A stretch of DNA of 40,690 bases, taken from NCBI RefSeq assembly GCF_003334335.1, contig NZ_QOWQ01000038.1, one strand, 5' to 3'. How positions within the stretch are numbered: the stretch's first letter is position 1; each line of letters starts with the position of its first letter. The DNA is from Escherichia coli (GTDB lineage: Bacteria > Pseudomonadota > Gammaproteobacteria > Enterobacterales > Enterobacteriaceae). A program made the translations under genes and the position numbers. The notes below the pieces were generated by a model. It was not told the origin of the DNA, did not search any database, and was given only the letters and a program-made list of their open reading frames with translations. Below are positions 1 through 10,631 of the stretch, piece by piece.

Positions 1-480
1 TGGGTTACCGATGTTACTGAATTTGCAGTCAATGGGCGCAAGCTGTATTTGTCTCCAGTAATAGATCTCTTCAACAACGAAGTTATTTCTTACAGCCTTT
101 CGGAAAGACCAGTGATGAACATGGTTGAGAATATGCTCGATCAGGCATTCAAAAAGCTTAATCCTCACGAGCATCCTGTTCTGCACTCTGACCAGGGATG
201 GCAGTATCGTATGAGAAGATATCAAAATATCCTTAAAGAACATGGTATTAAACAAAGCATGTCCAGAAAAGGCAATTGTCTGGATAATGCTGTGGTGGAG
301 TGTTTCTTTGGAACCTTAAAGTCGGAGTGTTTTTATCTTGATGAGTTCAGTAATATAAGCGAACTGAAGGATGCTGTTACGGAATATATTGAATACTACA
401 ACAGCAGAAGAATTAGCCTGAAATTAAAAGGTCTGACTCCAATTGAATATCGGAATCAGACCTATATGCCTCGTGTTTAA
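1..480 (+). CDS. insK: IS3-family transposase OrfB (InsK of IS150), C-terminal part; 5' end lies outside the window
   Basis: Frame 1 is open from nt 1 (WVTDVTEF...). DDE-type integrase core motifs are visible: [30 protein letters not shown]. Stop at 478-480. Confidence 0.85.
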
Positions 481-506
481 CTGTCCAACTTTTTGGGGTC
501 AGTACA
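1..506 (+). mobile_element. IS150 (IS3 family) insertion sequence, 3' portion truncated by the window edge, including the right terminal inverted repeat
   Basis: Transposase orfB reading frame is open from nt 1. The sequence ctgtccaactttttggggtcagtaca ends at 506, whose reverse complement TGTACTGACCCC... is a typical IS3-family TG...CA terminus. IS150 sits next to glyS in K-12 (recall). Confidence 0.8.
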
Positions 507-713
507 AACTTTGATTTATAGTCAGGTGGGGCTTTTCTCTGTCTGCCTTTCGGTGAATACCTGAGACAAACAGTCTCAAGCACCCGTGGCTATTCTAGCT
601 TAATAAGTTTGTTTCTTCTCCTTGATATAATCCTAAAAAAATCTCATAAAATTAATATATGAGATAATCTTTATTCAGCAGAAGATTATTAAAGGTTGCT
701 GTATTATTTAGCG

Positions 714-741
714 ATAAAAAAAGCCTGCCAGATGGCAGGCT
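714..741 (-). terminator. Rho-independent terminator downstream of glyS (end of the glyQS operon)
   Basis: Perfect hairpin agcctgcc-agat-ggcaggct at 722-741, preceded on the + strand by an A-run (716-722), which is a U-tract on the - strand transcript, 18 nt after the glyS stop. Confidence 0.6.
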
Positions 742-758
742 ATTTAATAACGGCGTTA

Positions 759-2828
759 TTATTGCAACAGCGAAATATCCGCAACGCGCAGGAACAGTTC
801 GCGCAGTTTCTCCAGCATGGTCAGACGGTTGATACGCAATTCTTTGTCATCAACCATGACCATCACTTTATCGAAGAAAGCATCAACCGGTTCACGCAGC
901 TCAGCCAGTTCGACCAGCGCATCCTGGTAACGACCTTCCGTAAAGTACGGCTCCAGCTTGTCACGTAGCACCACAACCTGCATCGCCAGTTTAATTTCTT
1001 CCGGCTCTTTCAGGGTAGAGGCATTCACGCGGTCGCTCAGCACTTCGTCAGATTTCGCCAGAATGTTAGATACACGTTTGTTCGCCGCCGCCAGTGCAGC
1101 AGCTGCATCCAGGGTACGGAAATGCGATACCGCTTTCATACGGGCATCGAAATCAGCCGGACGAGTCGGACGACGCGCCAGTACCGCCTGGATGGTGTCA
1201 ACGGTATAACCTTCGTCCTGATACCAGGCGCGGAAGCGACCGAGCATAAAGTCGATAACATCATCAACTACGTTGGCATTAGTCAGCTTATCGCCATACA
1301 GACGCACCGCTTCTTCGGTCAGCGTTTGCAGATCAAGGTTGAGGTTCTTCTCAACGATAATTCGCAGCACGCCAAGCGCGGCACGACGCAGCGCAAACGG
1401 GTCTTTGTCGCCTTTCGGATGCTGACCGATACCGAAGATACCCGCCAGGGTATCCATCTTGTCAGCAATCGCCAGCGCACAAGCTACTGGGTTGGACGGC
1501 AGGTCATCACCAGCAAAACGCGGCTGATACTGCTCATTCAGCGCCACCGCGACATCTTCCGCTTCGCCATCGTGACGCGCATAGTGCATCCCCATAACGC
1601 CCTGGGTGTCGGTGAACTCGAAGACCATGTTGGTCATCAGGTCGCACTTAGACAGCAGACCCGCACGGGTAGCGTGGTTAACGTCAGCGCCAATCTGTTC
1701 AGCAATCCAGCCAGCCAGCGCCTGGATGCGGTCAGTTTTGTCGCGCAGCGTCCCCAACTGTTGCTGGAACAACACGGTTTGCAGGCGCGGCAGGTTATCT
1801 TCAAGACGTTTTTTACGGTCGGTGTTGAAGAAGAACTCGGCATCCGCCAGACGCGGACGAACGACTTTCTCGTTACCGGAGATAATCTGCTGCGGATCTT
1901 TCGATTCGATGTTGGCAACGAAGATAAAGTTCGGCAGCAGTTTGCCGTCGTTCGCATACACCGGGAAGTATTTCTGGTCACCTTTCATGGTGTAAACCAG
2001 CGCTTCAGCCGGCACCGCGAGGAATTTCTCTTCGAATTTTGCGGTCAGAACGACCGGCCACTCCACCAGCGAAGCCACTTCTTCCAGCAGGCTTTCGCTT
2101 AAGTCAGCGTTACCGCCAATCTTACGCGCTGCTTCTTCGGCATCGGCTTTAATCTTCGCCTTACGTTCTTCGTAATCGGCGATGACTTTCCCACGCTCAC
2201 GCAGAATTTCCGGATACTGATCGGCGTTATCGATGGTGAATTCCGGCTCGCCCATAAAGCGGTGGCCGCGAATCACGCGATCGGACTGAATGCCCAGAAT
2301 GGTTGCCGGAATGACTTTGTCGCCCAGCAGCAGGGTCACGGTGTGCACCGGACGCACGAAGTGCACGTCGCTTGCGCCCCAACGCATCAGTTTCGGGATC
2401 GGCAGTTTCGCCAGAGAAGTCGCAACCATATTCGGCAGCAGTGCTTCGGTGCTTTCGCCCTTCACATGGGCGCGATACAGCAGCCATTCGCCTTTATCGG
2501 TAGTCAGACGCTCAGCCTGGTCAACGGTAATACCGCAACCACGCGCCCAACCTTCTGCCGCTTTGCTCGGTTTGCCTTCAGCGTCGAACGCCTGGGCAAT
2601 CGCCGGGCCGCGTTTTTCGATTTCACGATCCGGTTGCGCTTCCGCCAGGTTAGCTACTTTCAGCGCCAGACGACGCGGAGCAGCAAACCATTGAACGGTG
2701 CCGTGTGCGAGGCCAGCGTTATCCAGCTCCGCAGTAAAGTTCGCAGCAAAGGACTCAGCCAGGCTGCGCAGTGCTTTTGGTGGCAGCTCTTCAGTGCCGA
2801 TTTCCACCAGAAAAGTTTTCTCAGACAT
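759..2828 (-). CDS. glyS: Glycine--tRNA ligase beta subunit
   Basis: 689-aa ORF recognised as GlyS ([20 protein letters not shown]...), immediately downstream of glyQ with a 9-nt gap. Confidence 0.97.
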   Translation of the reverse strand: MSEKTFLVEIGTEELPPKALRSLAESFAANFTAELDNAGLAHGTVQWFAAPRRLALKVANLAEAQPDREIEKRGPAIAQAFDAEGKPSKAAEGWARGCGITVDQAERLTTDKGEWLLYRAHVKGESTEALLPNMVATSLAKLPIPKLMRWGASDVHFVRPVHTVTLLLGDKVIPATILGIQSDRVIRGHRFMGEPEFTIDNADQYPEILRERGKVIADYEERKAKIKADAEEAARKIGGNADLSESLLEEVASLVEWPVVLTAKFEEKFLAVPAEALVYTMKGDQKYFPVYANDGKLLPNFIFVANIESKDPQQIISGNEKVVRPRLADAEFFFNTDRKKRLEDNLPRLQTVLFQQQLGTLRDKTDRIQALAGWIAEQIGADVNHATRAGLLSKCDLMTNMVFEFTDTQGVMGMHYARHDGEAEDVAVALNEQYQPRFAGDDLPSNPVACALAIADKMDTLAGIFGIGQHPKGDKDPFALRRAALGVLRIIVEKNLNLDLQTLTEEAVRLYGDKLTNANVVDDVIDFMLGRFRAWYQDEGYTVDTIQAVLARRPTRPADFDARMKAVSHFRTLDAAAALAAANKRVSNILAKSDEVLSDRVNASTLKEPEEIKLAMQVVVLRDKLEPYFTEGRYQDALVELAELREPVDAFFDKVMVMVDDKELRINRLTMLEKLRELFLRVADISLLQ

Positions 2829-2837
2829 AGCCGCCTC

Positions 2838-3749
2838 TTACTTATCTTTGTTGCACATCGGGAAGCCGAGGGCTTCACGGGAAGCGTAGTATGCTTCTGC
2901 CACTGCTTTGGTCAGGGTGCGAATGCGCAGAATGTAGCGCTGACGCTCGGTGACGGAGATGGCTTTACGCGCATCCAGCAGGTTGAAGCTGTGGGCGGCT
3001 TTCAGAATACGCTCGTAGGCTGGCAGCGGCAGCGGATTTTCCAGCGCCAGCAGCTGCTGCGCTTCTTTCTCGTACTGCTCGAAGCAGGTGAACAGGAAGT
3101 CCACATCCGCGTATTCGAAGTTGTAAGTGGACTGCTCCACTTCGTTCTGATGGAACACGTCGCCGTAGGTGGTTTTACCCAGCGGGCCGTCGCTCCAGAC
3201 CAGGTCGTAAACGCTGTCTACGCCCTGAATGTACATGGCCAGACGTTCCAGACCGTAGGTGATCTCGCCGGTAACCGGTTTACACTCCAGACCACCAACC
3301 TGCTGGAAGTAAGTGAACTGCGTCACTTCCATGCCGTTCAGCCACACTTCCCAGCCCAGTCCCCAGGCACCCAGCGTCGGGTTTTCCCAGTTATCTTCCA
3401 CGAAACGGATGTCGTGAATAGTCGGGTCCATGCCCAGCTCTTTCAGAGAACCGAGGTACAGCTCCTGAATATTGTCCGGCGATGGCTTAATGACCACCTG
3501 GAACTGATAGTAGTGCTGTAAACGGTTGGGGTTTTCGCCGTAGCGACCATCGGTCGGGCGACGAGAAGGCTGAACATAAGCAGCCGCCATCGGTTCTGGC
3601 CCCAGCGCGCGCAGACAGGTCATTGGGTGAGAGGTTCCCGCGCCGACTTCCATGTCCAATGGTTGAACAATGGTGCAGCCCTGGCGAGCCCAGTAATCCT
3701 GTAAGGTCAGGATCAAGCCCTGGAAGGTCCTGGTATCAAACTTTTGCAT
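2838..3749 (-). CDS. glyQ: Glycine--tRNA ligase alpha subunit
   Basis: 303-aa ORF recognised as GlyQ ([25 protein letters not shown]...). Confidence 0.97.
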
Positions 3750-3843
3750 ATTATTTCGTGCTGGATACGTGTGGATTTAAAGGAAGGGATCAGTATACCC
3801 GCTGGATGGAAGATATACAGTACGAAACGGGAAAAAGCAGGGC

Positions 3844-4143
3844 TTAACGCATGGAAAGATGCAAAAAATGGCCATCCGCGTCAAAAGAACAGACAAACTG
3901 CTCTTTACGGAAGGTATAACCGCGCATTTCATAGCTTCCCTGGAACTGTTCGAAGGCGGTGACGTCGATTTTTTGCTCGCCGGTGTTATAACGTTTTGCT
4001 GCCTGATCCTTGCATAACGCTTCCATATTCAACGAACGCAGAGGATCAACCTTTACCCGTTGTGCTTTCTGCACGGGTGACGGTATAGAACAACCCACTA
4101 GCACCATAAGCGCCATTGCCGGAAAGAAAGCGTTCATCATCAT
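3844..4143 (-). CDS. ysaB: Small lipoprotein YsaB
   Basis: 99-aa ORF with a signal peptide and lipobox (LVGC-S). Same strand and upstream of glyQ. Confidence 0.8.
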   Translation of the reverse strand: MMMNAFFPAMALMVLVGCSIPSPVQKAQRVKVDPLRSLNMEALCKDQAAKRYNTGEQKIDVTAFEQFQGSYEMRGYTFRKEQFVCSFDADGHFLHLSMR

Positions 4144-4317
4144 TAAATTACCGTCTGGTTTGCAGGTGAGTCTTATTATTTATATCGGTATAGTGGCTGA
4201 TATCTTACGAATTTCCTTAAGCCTCTATAAGCTGTAGTGATAAAACTCAGATTATTCCAGTGCGCCAACCAAATGATTTATCGGTCAGACTTTTTTTAAC
4301 CAGATACAGAGACACAG

Positions 4318-5313
4318 ATGCAGCCCAAAATTTACTGGATTGATAACCTGCGAGGGATAGCGTGTTTAATGGTGGTGATGATTCACACCACTACCTGGTA
4401 TGTGACCAATGCTCATAGTGTTAGCCCCGTCACATGGGATATCGCCAATGTTCTGAATTCTGCCTCTCGTGTCAGCGTGCCGCTATTTTTCATGATTTCC
4501 GGCTATCTCTTTTTTGGCGAACGCAGCGCCCAGCCGCGCCATTTCTTGCGTATCGGCTTATGTCTGATTTTTTATAGCGCAATCGCACTGCTCTACATTG
4601 CGCTGTTTACCTCCATCAATATGGAGTTAGCGCTGAAAAACCTGCTGCAAAAGCCAGTGTTTTACCACTTGTGGTTTTTCTTCGCGATTGCGGTGATTTA
4701 TCTGGTTTCACCGCTGATTCAGGTGAAGAACGTCGGCGGAAAAATGTTGCTGGTGCTAATGGCGGTGATTGGCATTATCGCTAACCCAAACACAGTGCCG
4801 CAGAAAATTGACGGTTTTGAATGGCTGCCAATTAACTTATATATCAATGGCGATACTTTTTACTACATTCTGTATGGCATGTTGGGCCGCGCTATAGGGA
4901 TGATGGACACACAGCATAAAGCACTGTCGTGGGTGAGCGCCGCGCTGTTTGCGACGGGGGTTTTTATTATCTCTCGCGGGACATTATATGAATTGCAGTG
5001 GCGCGGAAATTTTGCCGATACCTGGTATCTTTACTGTGGGCCGATGGTTTTTATCTGCGCAATCGCGCTATTGACTCTGGTTAAAAACACGCTGGATACG
5101 CGTACCATTCGCGGACTTGGCTTAATCTCCCGCCATTCATTGGGTATATACGGATTCCACGCCTTGATTATCCATGCGCTGCGCACCCGGGGAATTGAGC
5201 TTAAAAATTGGCCAATACTGGATATTATTTGGATCTTTTGCGCGACGTTGGCAGCGAGTTTGTTACTTTCTATGCTGGTACAACGAATCGACAGAAACAG
5301 ATTAGTGAGTTAA
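4318..5313 (+). CDS. wecH: Acyltransferase-3 family O-acetyltransferase (enterobacterial common antigen O-acetylation, WecH/YiaH)
   Basis: 331-aa polytopic membrane protein, acyltransferase-3-like N-terminus ([17 protein letters not shown]). Position matches K-12 yiaH. Confidence 0.85.
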
Positions 5314-5318
5314 GTAAA

Positions 5319-5346
5319 AGCCCGGTCACATTGGACTGACCGGGCT
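5319..5346. terminator. Bidirectional hairpin terminator between convergent wecH and yiaA
   Basis: 10-bp perfect inverted repeat agcccggtca / tgaccgggct with an 8-nt loop, 6 nt after the wecH stop and 9 nt after the yiaA stop. Confidence 0.5.
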
Positions 5347-5354
5347 TACGTGAG

Positions 5355-5792
5355 TTATTCGCTGTATTCTTCCTGGGTAACCTGTGTTTCTTTTGGTGGG
5401 TTTATTCCGGCATCACGAATATTTTTCTGCACCGCTACTGCACCAAACAAGCTTAAGAAGAAAGCCAGTCCATAAAAACCTTTTTCGCTGAGTAATAATG
5501 TCGCATTCCACAGACCTACCATCAGTAATGCAACAGAGATAATAAAGACAGTCAGGCAGGTCATATAATAAATGGAAGTGGTCGGTATGCCTTCATACTT
5601 GTCCCGAACGGTCTTTTGATAAGACGCCGCAGAAAACAGTCCTAATACCAGTACGGCAAAATAATATCCTTTTTCATTTAACTGCATCTCTGCATTCCAT
5701 AGCCCTAACAGATAGGTAACGATACCACCAACGAGAGCTATCCATGACACAATACTAAAGGCCGGTGAATAGGTTGATATTTTGTTGTCCAT
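5355..5792 (-). CDS. yiaA: Inner membrane protein YiaA (YiaAB two-domain family)
   Basis: ORF-track frame 5355..5795. Second ATG chosen to give about 145 aa. Hydrophobic, predicted multi-TM. Confidence 0.8.
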
Positions 5793-5837
5793 CACAGTAT
5801 TCCTTTCATTCCTGAATATGTAAGAGCTTTATGTTGC

Positions 5838-6179
5838 TCATGCCGAGCGAAACAAACGCATTTGACCAAACAAGCAGACAAAAAAGGCGATGGGATAGAT
5901 CACCATTTCATAAGTATTGATAGGTGCGTTTAAAACACCGATAAACAAGAGACCGATAGTGATTAACGCAACTAACTGGCAGATATGGGTAAAAAAATCA
6001 TCCAGTTGCCCGAGTTTTTCTGCGCGAAGATATGCATAGTTGCCAAAAGTTGCTGTCATTAACACGCCAAGAAAATAGCCTTTTCCACTTAACAATGGGC
6101 ATGAGATCCATAGCCCAACCAGATAAACCAGCGCCCCGACAACAAATAATAGTTTTGCCACAGTCTTTGAGGTTTTCAT
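5838..6179 (-). CDS. yiaB: Inner membrane protein YiaB (paralog of YiaA)
   Basis: ORF-track frame 5838..6221. Internal ATG at 6177-6179 (MKTSKTVAKLLF...) is preceded by a GGAG Shine-Dalgarno and gives 113 aa. Confidence 0.8.
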   Translation of the reverse strand: MKTSKTVAKLLFVVGALVYLVGLWISCPLLSGKGYFLGVLMTATFGNYAYLRAEKLGQLDDFFTHICQLVALITIGLLFIGVLNAPINTYEMVIYPIAFFVCLFGQMRLFRSA

Positions 6180-6315
6180 AACGATCTCCATATCTACCAG
6201 CGATACATTACGAGTAACCAACGAAAGACAAAACTGAAAAATGCCATTAACAAATGATTTTCAGAATAAATTCATACTAAATATTAATTAATTACTGAGA
6301 TATATAGATGTGAAT

Positions 6316-6345
6316 TATCCCCCACCCGGTCAGGCAGGGGATAAC
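6316..6345 (-). terminator. Candidate xylAB terminator hairpin
   Basis: Inverted repeat ttatcccc / ggggataa (8 bp, 14-nt loop) directly after the xylB stop, followed on the - strand by an A/T-rich tract. Weak U-tract. Confidence 0.35.
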
Positions 6346-6347
6346 GT

Positions 6348-7802
6348 TTACGCCATTAATGGCAGAAGTTGCTGATAGAGGCGACGGAACGTTTCTCGTC
6401 GTGGCTGATAAGCGGCATAACGCTGCGCATCTGGTAGATGCGACTGTTCTAACGGTAGTTGCGGCAACAATTCAATGAGCGATTTCTCTGGATTCGCCGC
6501 GATCTGCGCCAGCCTTGCTGCGCCCAGTGCTGGCCCCACATCCCCCCCCGTACGGTAATCGAGCTGCTGACCGCTGATATCCGCCAGCATCTGACGCCAG
6601 TACTCACTACGCGCCCCGCCCCCAATCAACGTAACACTTTGCGGTTTAATACCGCAGGCATGCACGACATCCATGCCATCTGCCAGCGCATAACCCACGC
6701 CTTCCAGCACTGCTCGCGCCAGTTCATTGGGGCCATGTTGATGAGTCAAACCAAAGAAAACCCCCTTCGCCTGGGGATTATTGTGTGGCGTACGCTCGCC
6801 GGAAAGATAAGGCAGAAACCAAACTGGCTCGGCACTTTCATCAGCCTGTTGAGCTGCAGCGATTAAAGCTGGGACATTGCTCAGGCCGGTTAATTTCGCG
6901 GCCCAATCCAGACACGACGCTGCACTCAGCATCACAGACATTAAATGCCAACGTTGCGGTAGCGCATGGCAAAAGCTATGTACGGCGCTTTCTGGCTTGC
7001 TTAAGAACCCTTCGCTGACAGCAAAATAGACCCCCGACGTCCCCAGCGATAACATTGCCTGATTAGCATCAACCATTCCCACACCAACTGCACCAGCTGC
7101 ATTGTCGCCACCGCCTGCGACAACTGGCACCGTCGCCATACCCCACGCTTTCGCAACTTCAGGTAACAAAGCACCAGTAATTTCGCTGCCTTCGTATAAT
7201 GCGGGCATCTGGTCACGAGATAAGTCGCAAGCCTGCAGCATGACGTCACTCCAGTCACGCTTTGCGACATCCAGCCACATGGTGCCAGCTGCGTCAGACA
7301 TATCGCTGGCAAACTCCCCCGTCATACGCAGACGCAAGTAATCTTTCGGTAATAATACTTTGTCGATTTGACGGAATATCTCCGGCTCATGCCGCTGAAC
7401 CCATAGCAATTTAGGCGCAGTAAATCCGGGCATCATCAGGTTGCCGGTAATCACCCGCGATTGCGGAACTCGCGCTTCCAGCAAAGTGCACTCTTGCGCA
7501 CAGCGCCCGTCGTTCCACAAAATGGCAGGGCGTAACACCCGTTGCTGAGCATCCAGCAAGGTTGCTCCGTGCATCTGGCCGGCAATACCCAATGCTTTAA
7601 CGTCCTGCAGAGAATGCTGATCGCCCAGAGCTTTCATTGCGCGATCAGTTGCCTGCCACCACTGTTCCGGGTCTTGTTCCGACCAGAGTGGATGCGGGCG
7701 CGAAACGGTCAGCTTTTCCGTTTGCGCAGCAACCACCTCACCCTGCTCGTTGAGCAAAATAACTTTTACGCCCGAGGTGCCAAGATCTATCCCGATATAC
7801 AT
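6348..7802 (-). CDS. xylB: Xylulokinase
   Basis: 484-aa FGGY-family sugar kinase (MYIGIDLGTSGVKV...), downstream of xylA. Confidence 0.95.
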   Translation of the reverse strand: MYIGIDLGTSGVKVILLNEQGEVVAAQTEKLTVSRPHPLWSEQDPEQWWQATDRAMKALGDQHSLQDVKALGIAGQMHGATLLDAQQRVLRPAILWNDGRCAQECTLLEARVPQSRVITGNLMMPGFTAPKLLWVQRHEPEIFRQIDKVLLPKDYLRLRMTGEFASDMSDAAGTMWLDVAKRDWSDVMLQACDLSRDQMPALYEGSEITGALLPEVAKAWGMATVPVVAGGGDNAAGAVGVGMVDANQAMLSLGTSGVYFAVSEGFLSKPESAVHSFCHALPQRWHLMSVMLSAASCLDWAAKLTGLSNVPALIAAAQQADESAEPVWFLPYLSGERTPHNNPQAKGVFFGLTHQHGPNELARAVLEGVGYALADGMDVVHACGIKPQSVTLIGGGARSEYWRQMLADISGQQLDYRTGGDVGPALGAARLAQIAANPEKSLIELLPQLPLEQSHLPDAQRYAAYQPRRETFRRLYQQLLPLMA

Positions 7803-7873
7803 ATCGATCGTTCCTTAAAAAAATGCCCGGTATCGCTACCGATAACCGGGCCAACGGACTGCACAGTTAGCCG

Positions 7874-9196
7874 TTATTTGTCGAACAGATAATGGTTTAC
7901 CAGATTTTCCAGTTGTTCCTGGCGACCACTCTGATGCACCGGAGACAAATGATGTTCCTGAGCATATTTGGCTAAATCTGCCAGTGACATTTGGCCTTTC
8001 AGGATTTGCTGGCCCAATTCGCTATTCCAGCCGGAATAACGCTGCGCGATGCGTTTATCCAGCTCGCCATCTTCAATCATGCGCGCTGCAATTTTCAGCG
8101 CCAGTGCCATCGTATCCATCGCGCCGATATGACCGTAAAACAGATCATATTTATCAGTACTTTGACGACGTACTTTGGCATCGAAGTTCAGACCACCGGT
8201 GGTGAAACCGCCTGCTTTGAGAATTTCATACATCACCAGCGCATTCTCTTCCACACTGTTCGGGAACTGGTCGGTGTCCCAGCCCAGTTGCGCATCGCCA
8301 CGGTTGGCGTCGACAGAACCGAACAGGCCAAGCGCAATGGCGGTGGCTATTTCATGATGGAAAGAGTGACCTGCCAGCGTCGCGTGGTTAGCTTCAATGT
8401 TCAGTTTAATCTCTTTTTCCAGACCAAACTGTTTCAGGAAGCCATAGACCGTCGCGGCATCGTAATCATATTGATGTTTGGTCGGTTCTTGCGGTTTCGG
8501 TTCGATAAGCAACGTGCCCTGGAAACCGATTTTATGTTTATGCTCAACCACCATCTGCATAAAGCGGCCCAGTTGTTCACGCTCCTGACGCAAGTCGGTA
8601 TTTAACAGCGTTTCGTAACCTTCACGACCGCCCCACAGGACATAGTTTTCACCGCCCAATTTATGGGTTGCTTCCATCGCTGTAACAACTTGCGTTGCCG
8701 CCCAGCTGAAGACTTCAGGATCTGGGTTCGTCGCCGCACCCGCGCCGTAGCGAGGGTTTGTAAAGCAGTTGGCGGTTCCCCACAGCAGCTTCACGCCGCT
8801 CTCTTCTTGCTTGCCTGCCAGGACATCAACCATTTGCGCAAAATTATTGATGTACTCTTTTAACGACGCGCCCTCAGGGGAAACATCCACATCGTGGAAG
8901 CAATAAAATGGCACATGTAACTTGTGGAAAAACTCAAATGCGACATCTGCTTTACGCTTCGCCAACGCCAGTGCCTCACCAGGCTGCTGCCACGGACGAT
9001 TAAACGCCCCCACACCAAACATATCCGCCCCGTTCCAGCAGAAGGTGTGCCAGTAGCAGGCGGCAAAACGCAAGTGCTCTTCCATACGCTTACCCAACAC
9101 CAGTTCGTCGGGATTGTAGTGACGGAATGCTAACGGGTTTGAGGATTTTGAGCCTTCATAACGAACGCGATCGAGCTGGTCAAAATAGGCTTGCAT
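7874..9196 (-). CDS. xylA: Xylose isomerase
   Basis: ORF-track frame 7874..9208. Start placed at the ATG giving [16 protein letters not shown]... (440 aa), preceded by a GGAG Shine-Dalgarno. Confidence 0.95.
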
Positions 9197-9208
9197 ATTG
9201 AACTCCAT

Positions 9209-9561
9209 AATCAGGTAATGCCGCGGGTGATGGATGATGTCGTAATATTGGGCACTCCCTTTCAGTTGCTCAATTATGTTATTTCACACTGCTATTGAGA
9301 TAATTCACAAGTGTGCGCTCGCTCGCAAAATAAAATGGAATGATGAAACTGGGTAATTCCTCGAAGAGAAAAATGCAATAAGTACAATTGCGCAACAAAA
9401 GTAAGATCTCGGTCATAAATCAAGAAATAAACCAAAAATCGTAATCGAAAGATAAAAATCTGTAATTGTTTTCCCCTGTTTAGTTGCTAAAAATTGGTTA
9501 CGTTTATCGCGGTGATTGTTACTTATTAAAACTGTCCTCTAACTACAGAAGGCCCTACACC
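9209..9561. promoter_or_regulatory. Divergent xylAB / xylFGHR control region (XylR- and CRP-dependent promoters)
   Basis: 353-bp AT-rich divergent intergenic region. TGTGA/TCACA-like CRP half-sites around 9280-9320 (tttcacact ... attcacaagtgtg). Individual XylR sites not resolved by eye. Confidence 0.6.
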
Positions 9562-10554
9562 ATGAAAATAAAGAACATTCTACTCACCCTTTGCACCTCA
9601 CTCCTGCTTACCAACGTTGCTGCACACGCCAAAGAAGTCAAAATAGGTATGGCGATTGATGATCTCCGTCTTGAACGCTGGCAAAAAGATCGAGATATCT
9701 TTGTGAAAAAGGCAGAATCTCTCGGCGCGAAAGTATTTGTACAGTCTGCAAATGGCAATGAAGAAACACAAATGTCGCAGATTGAAAACATGATAAACCG
9801 GGGTGTCGATGTTCTTGTCATTATTCCGTATAACGGTCAGGTATTAAGTAACGTTGTAAAAGAAGCCAAACAAGAAGGCATTAAAGTATTAGCTTACGAC
9901 CGTATGATTAACGATGCGGATATCGATTTTTATATTTCTTTCGATAACGAAAAAGTCGGTGAACTGCAGGCAAAAGCCCTGGTCGATATTGTTCCGCAAG
10001 GTAATTACTTCCTGATGGGCGGCTCGCCGGTAGATAACAACGCCAAGCTGTTCCGCGCCGGACAAATGAAAGTGTTAAAACCTTACGTTGATTCCGGAAA
10101 AATTAAAGTCGTTGGTGACCAATGGGTTGATGGCTGGTTACCGGAAAACGCATTGAAAATTATGGAAAACGCGCTAACCGCCAATAATAACAAAATTGAT
10201 GCTGTAGTTGCCTCAAACGATGCCACCGCAGGTGGGGCAATTCAGGCATTAAGCGCGCAAGGTTTATCAGGGAAAGTAGCAATCTCCGGCCAGGATGCGG
10301 ATCTCGCAGGTATTAAACGTATTGCTGCCGGTACGCAAACTATGACGGTGTATAAACCTATTACGTTGTTGGCAAATACTGCCGCAGAAATTGCCGTTGA
10401 GTTGGGCAATGGTCAGGAACCAAAAGCAGATACCACACTGAATAATGGCCTGAAAGATGTCCCCTCCCGCCTCCTGACACCGATCGATGTGAATAAAAAC
10501 AACATCAAAGATACGGTAATTAAAGACGGATTCCACAAAGAGAGCGAGCTGTAA
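9562..10554 (+). CDS. xylF: D-xylose ABC transporter periplasmic binding protein
   Basis: ORF-track frame 9484..10554. Start placed at ATG 9562 (MKIKNILLTLCTSLLLTNVAAHA, a signal peptide), giving 330 aa. Confidence 0.93.
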   Translation: MKIKNILLTLCTSLLLTNVAAHAKEVKIGMAIDDLRLERWQKDRDIFVKKAESLGAKVFVQSANGNEETQMSQIENMINRGVDVLVIIPYNGQVLSNVVKEAKQEGIKVLAYDRMINDADIDFYISFDNEKVGELQAKALVDIVPQGNYFLMGGSPVDNNAKLFRAGQMKVLKPYVDSGKIKVVGDQWVDGWLPENALKIMENALTANNNKIDAVVASNDATAGGAIQALSAQGLSGKVAISGQDADLAGIKRIAAGTQTMTVYKPITLLANTAAEIAVELGNGQEPKADTTLNNGLKDVPSRLLTPIDVNKNNIKDTVIKDGFHKESEL

Positions 10555-10631
10555 GCGTTACGCCCCAGCGCGGAGCGGGGGCGTGATTTCTCTCCATGCC
10601 GCGTGAATGAATTGGCTTAGGTGGAGTCGTT

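Noticed and set aside
1122-3521. Long + strand ORFs (1122..2102, 326 aa; 2262..3521, 419 aa; also 958..1209, 1606..1995, 2290..2694) inside glyS/glyQ
   Set aside because: They lie entirely antisense to the strongly recognisable glyS and glyQ reading frames. Their translations are low-complexity and Arg/Ser-rich, typical of shadow ORFs opposite highly expressed genes.
6459-7341. Several 77-135 aa ORFs on both strands within xylB
   Set aside because: All are embedded in, or antisense to, the xylulokinase frame, which is the coherent full-length frame.
7984-8605. + strand ORFs (7991..8605, 204 aa, and others) inside xylA
   Set aside because: Antisense shadow of xylose isomerase, with no start-site support and no recognisable protein features.
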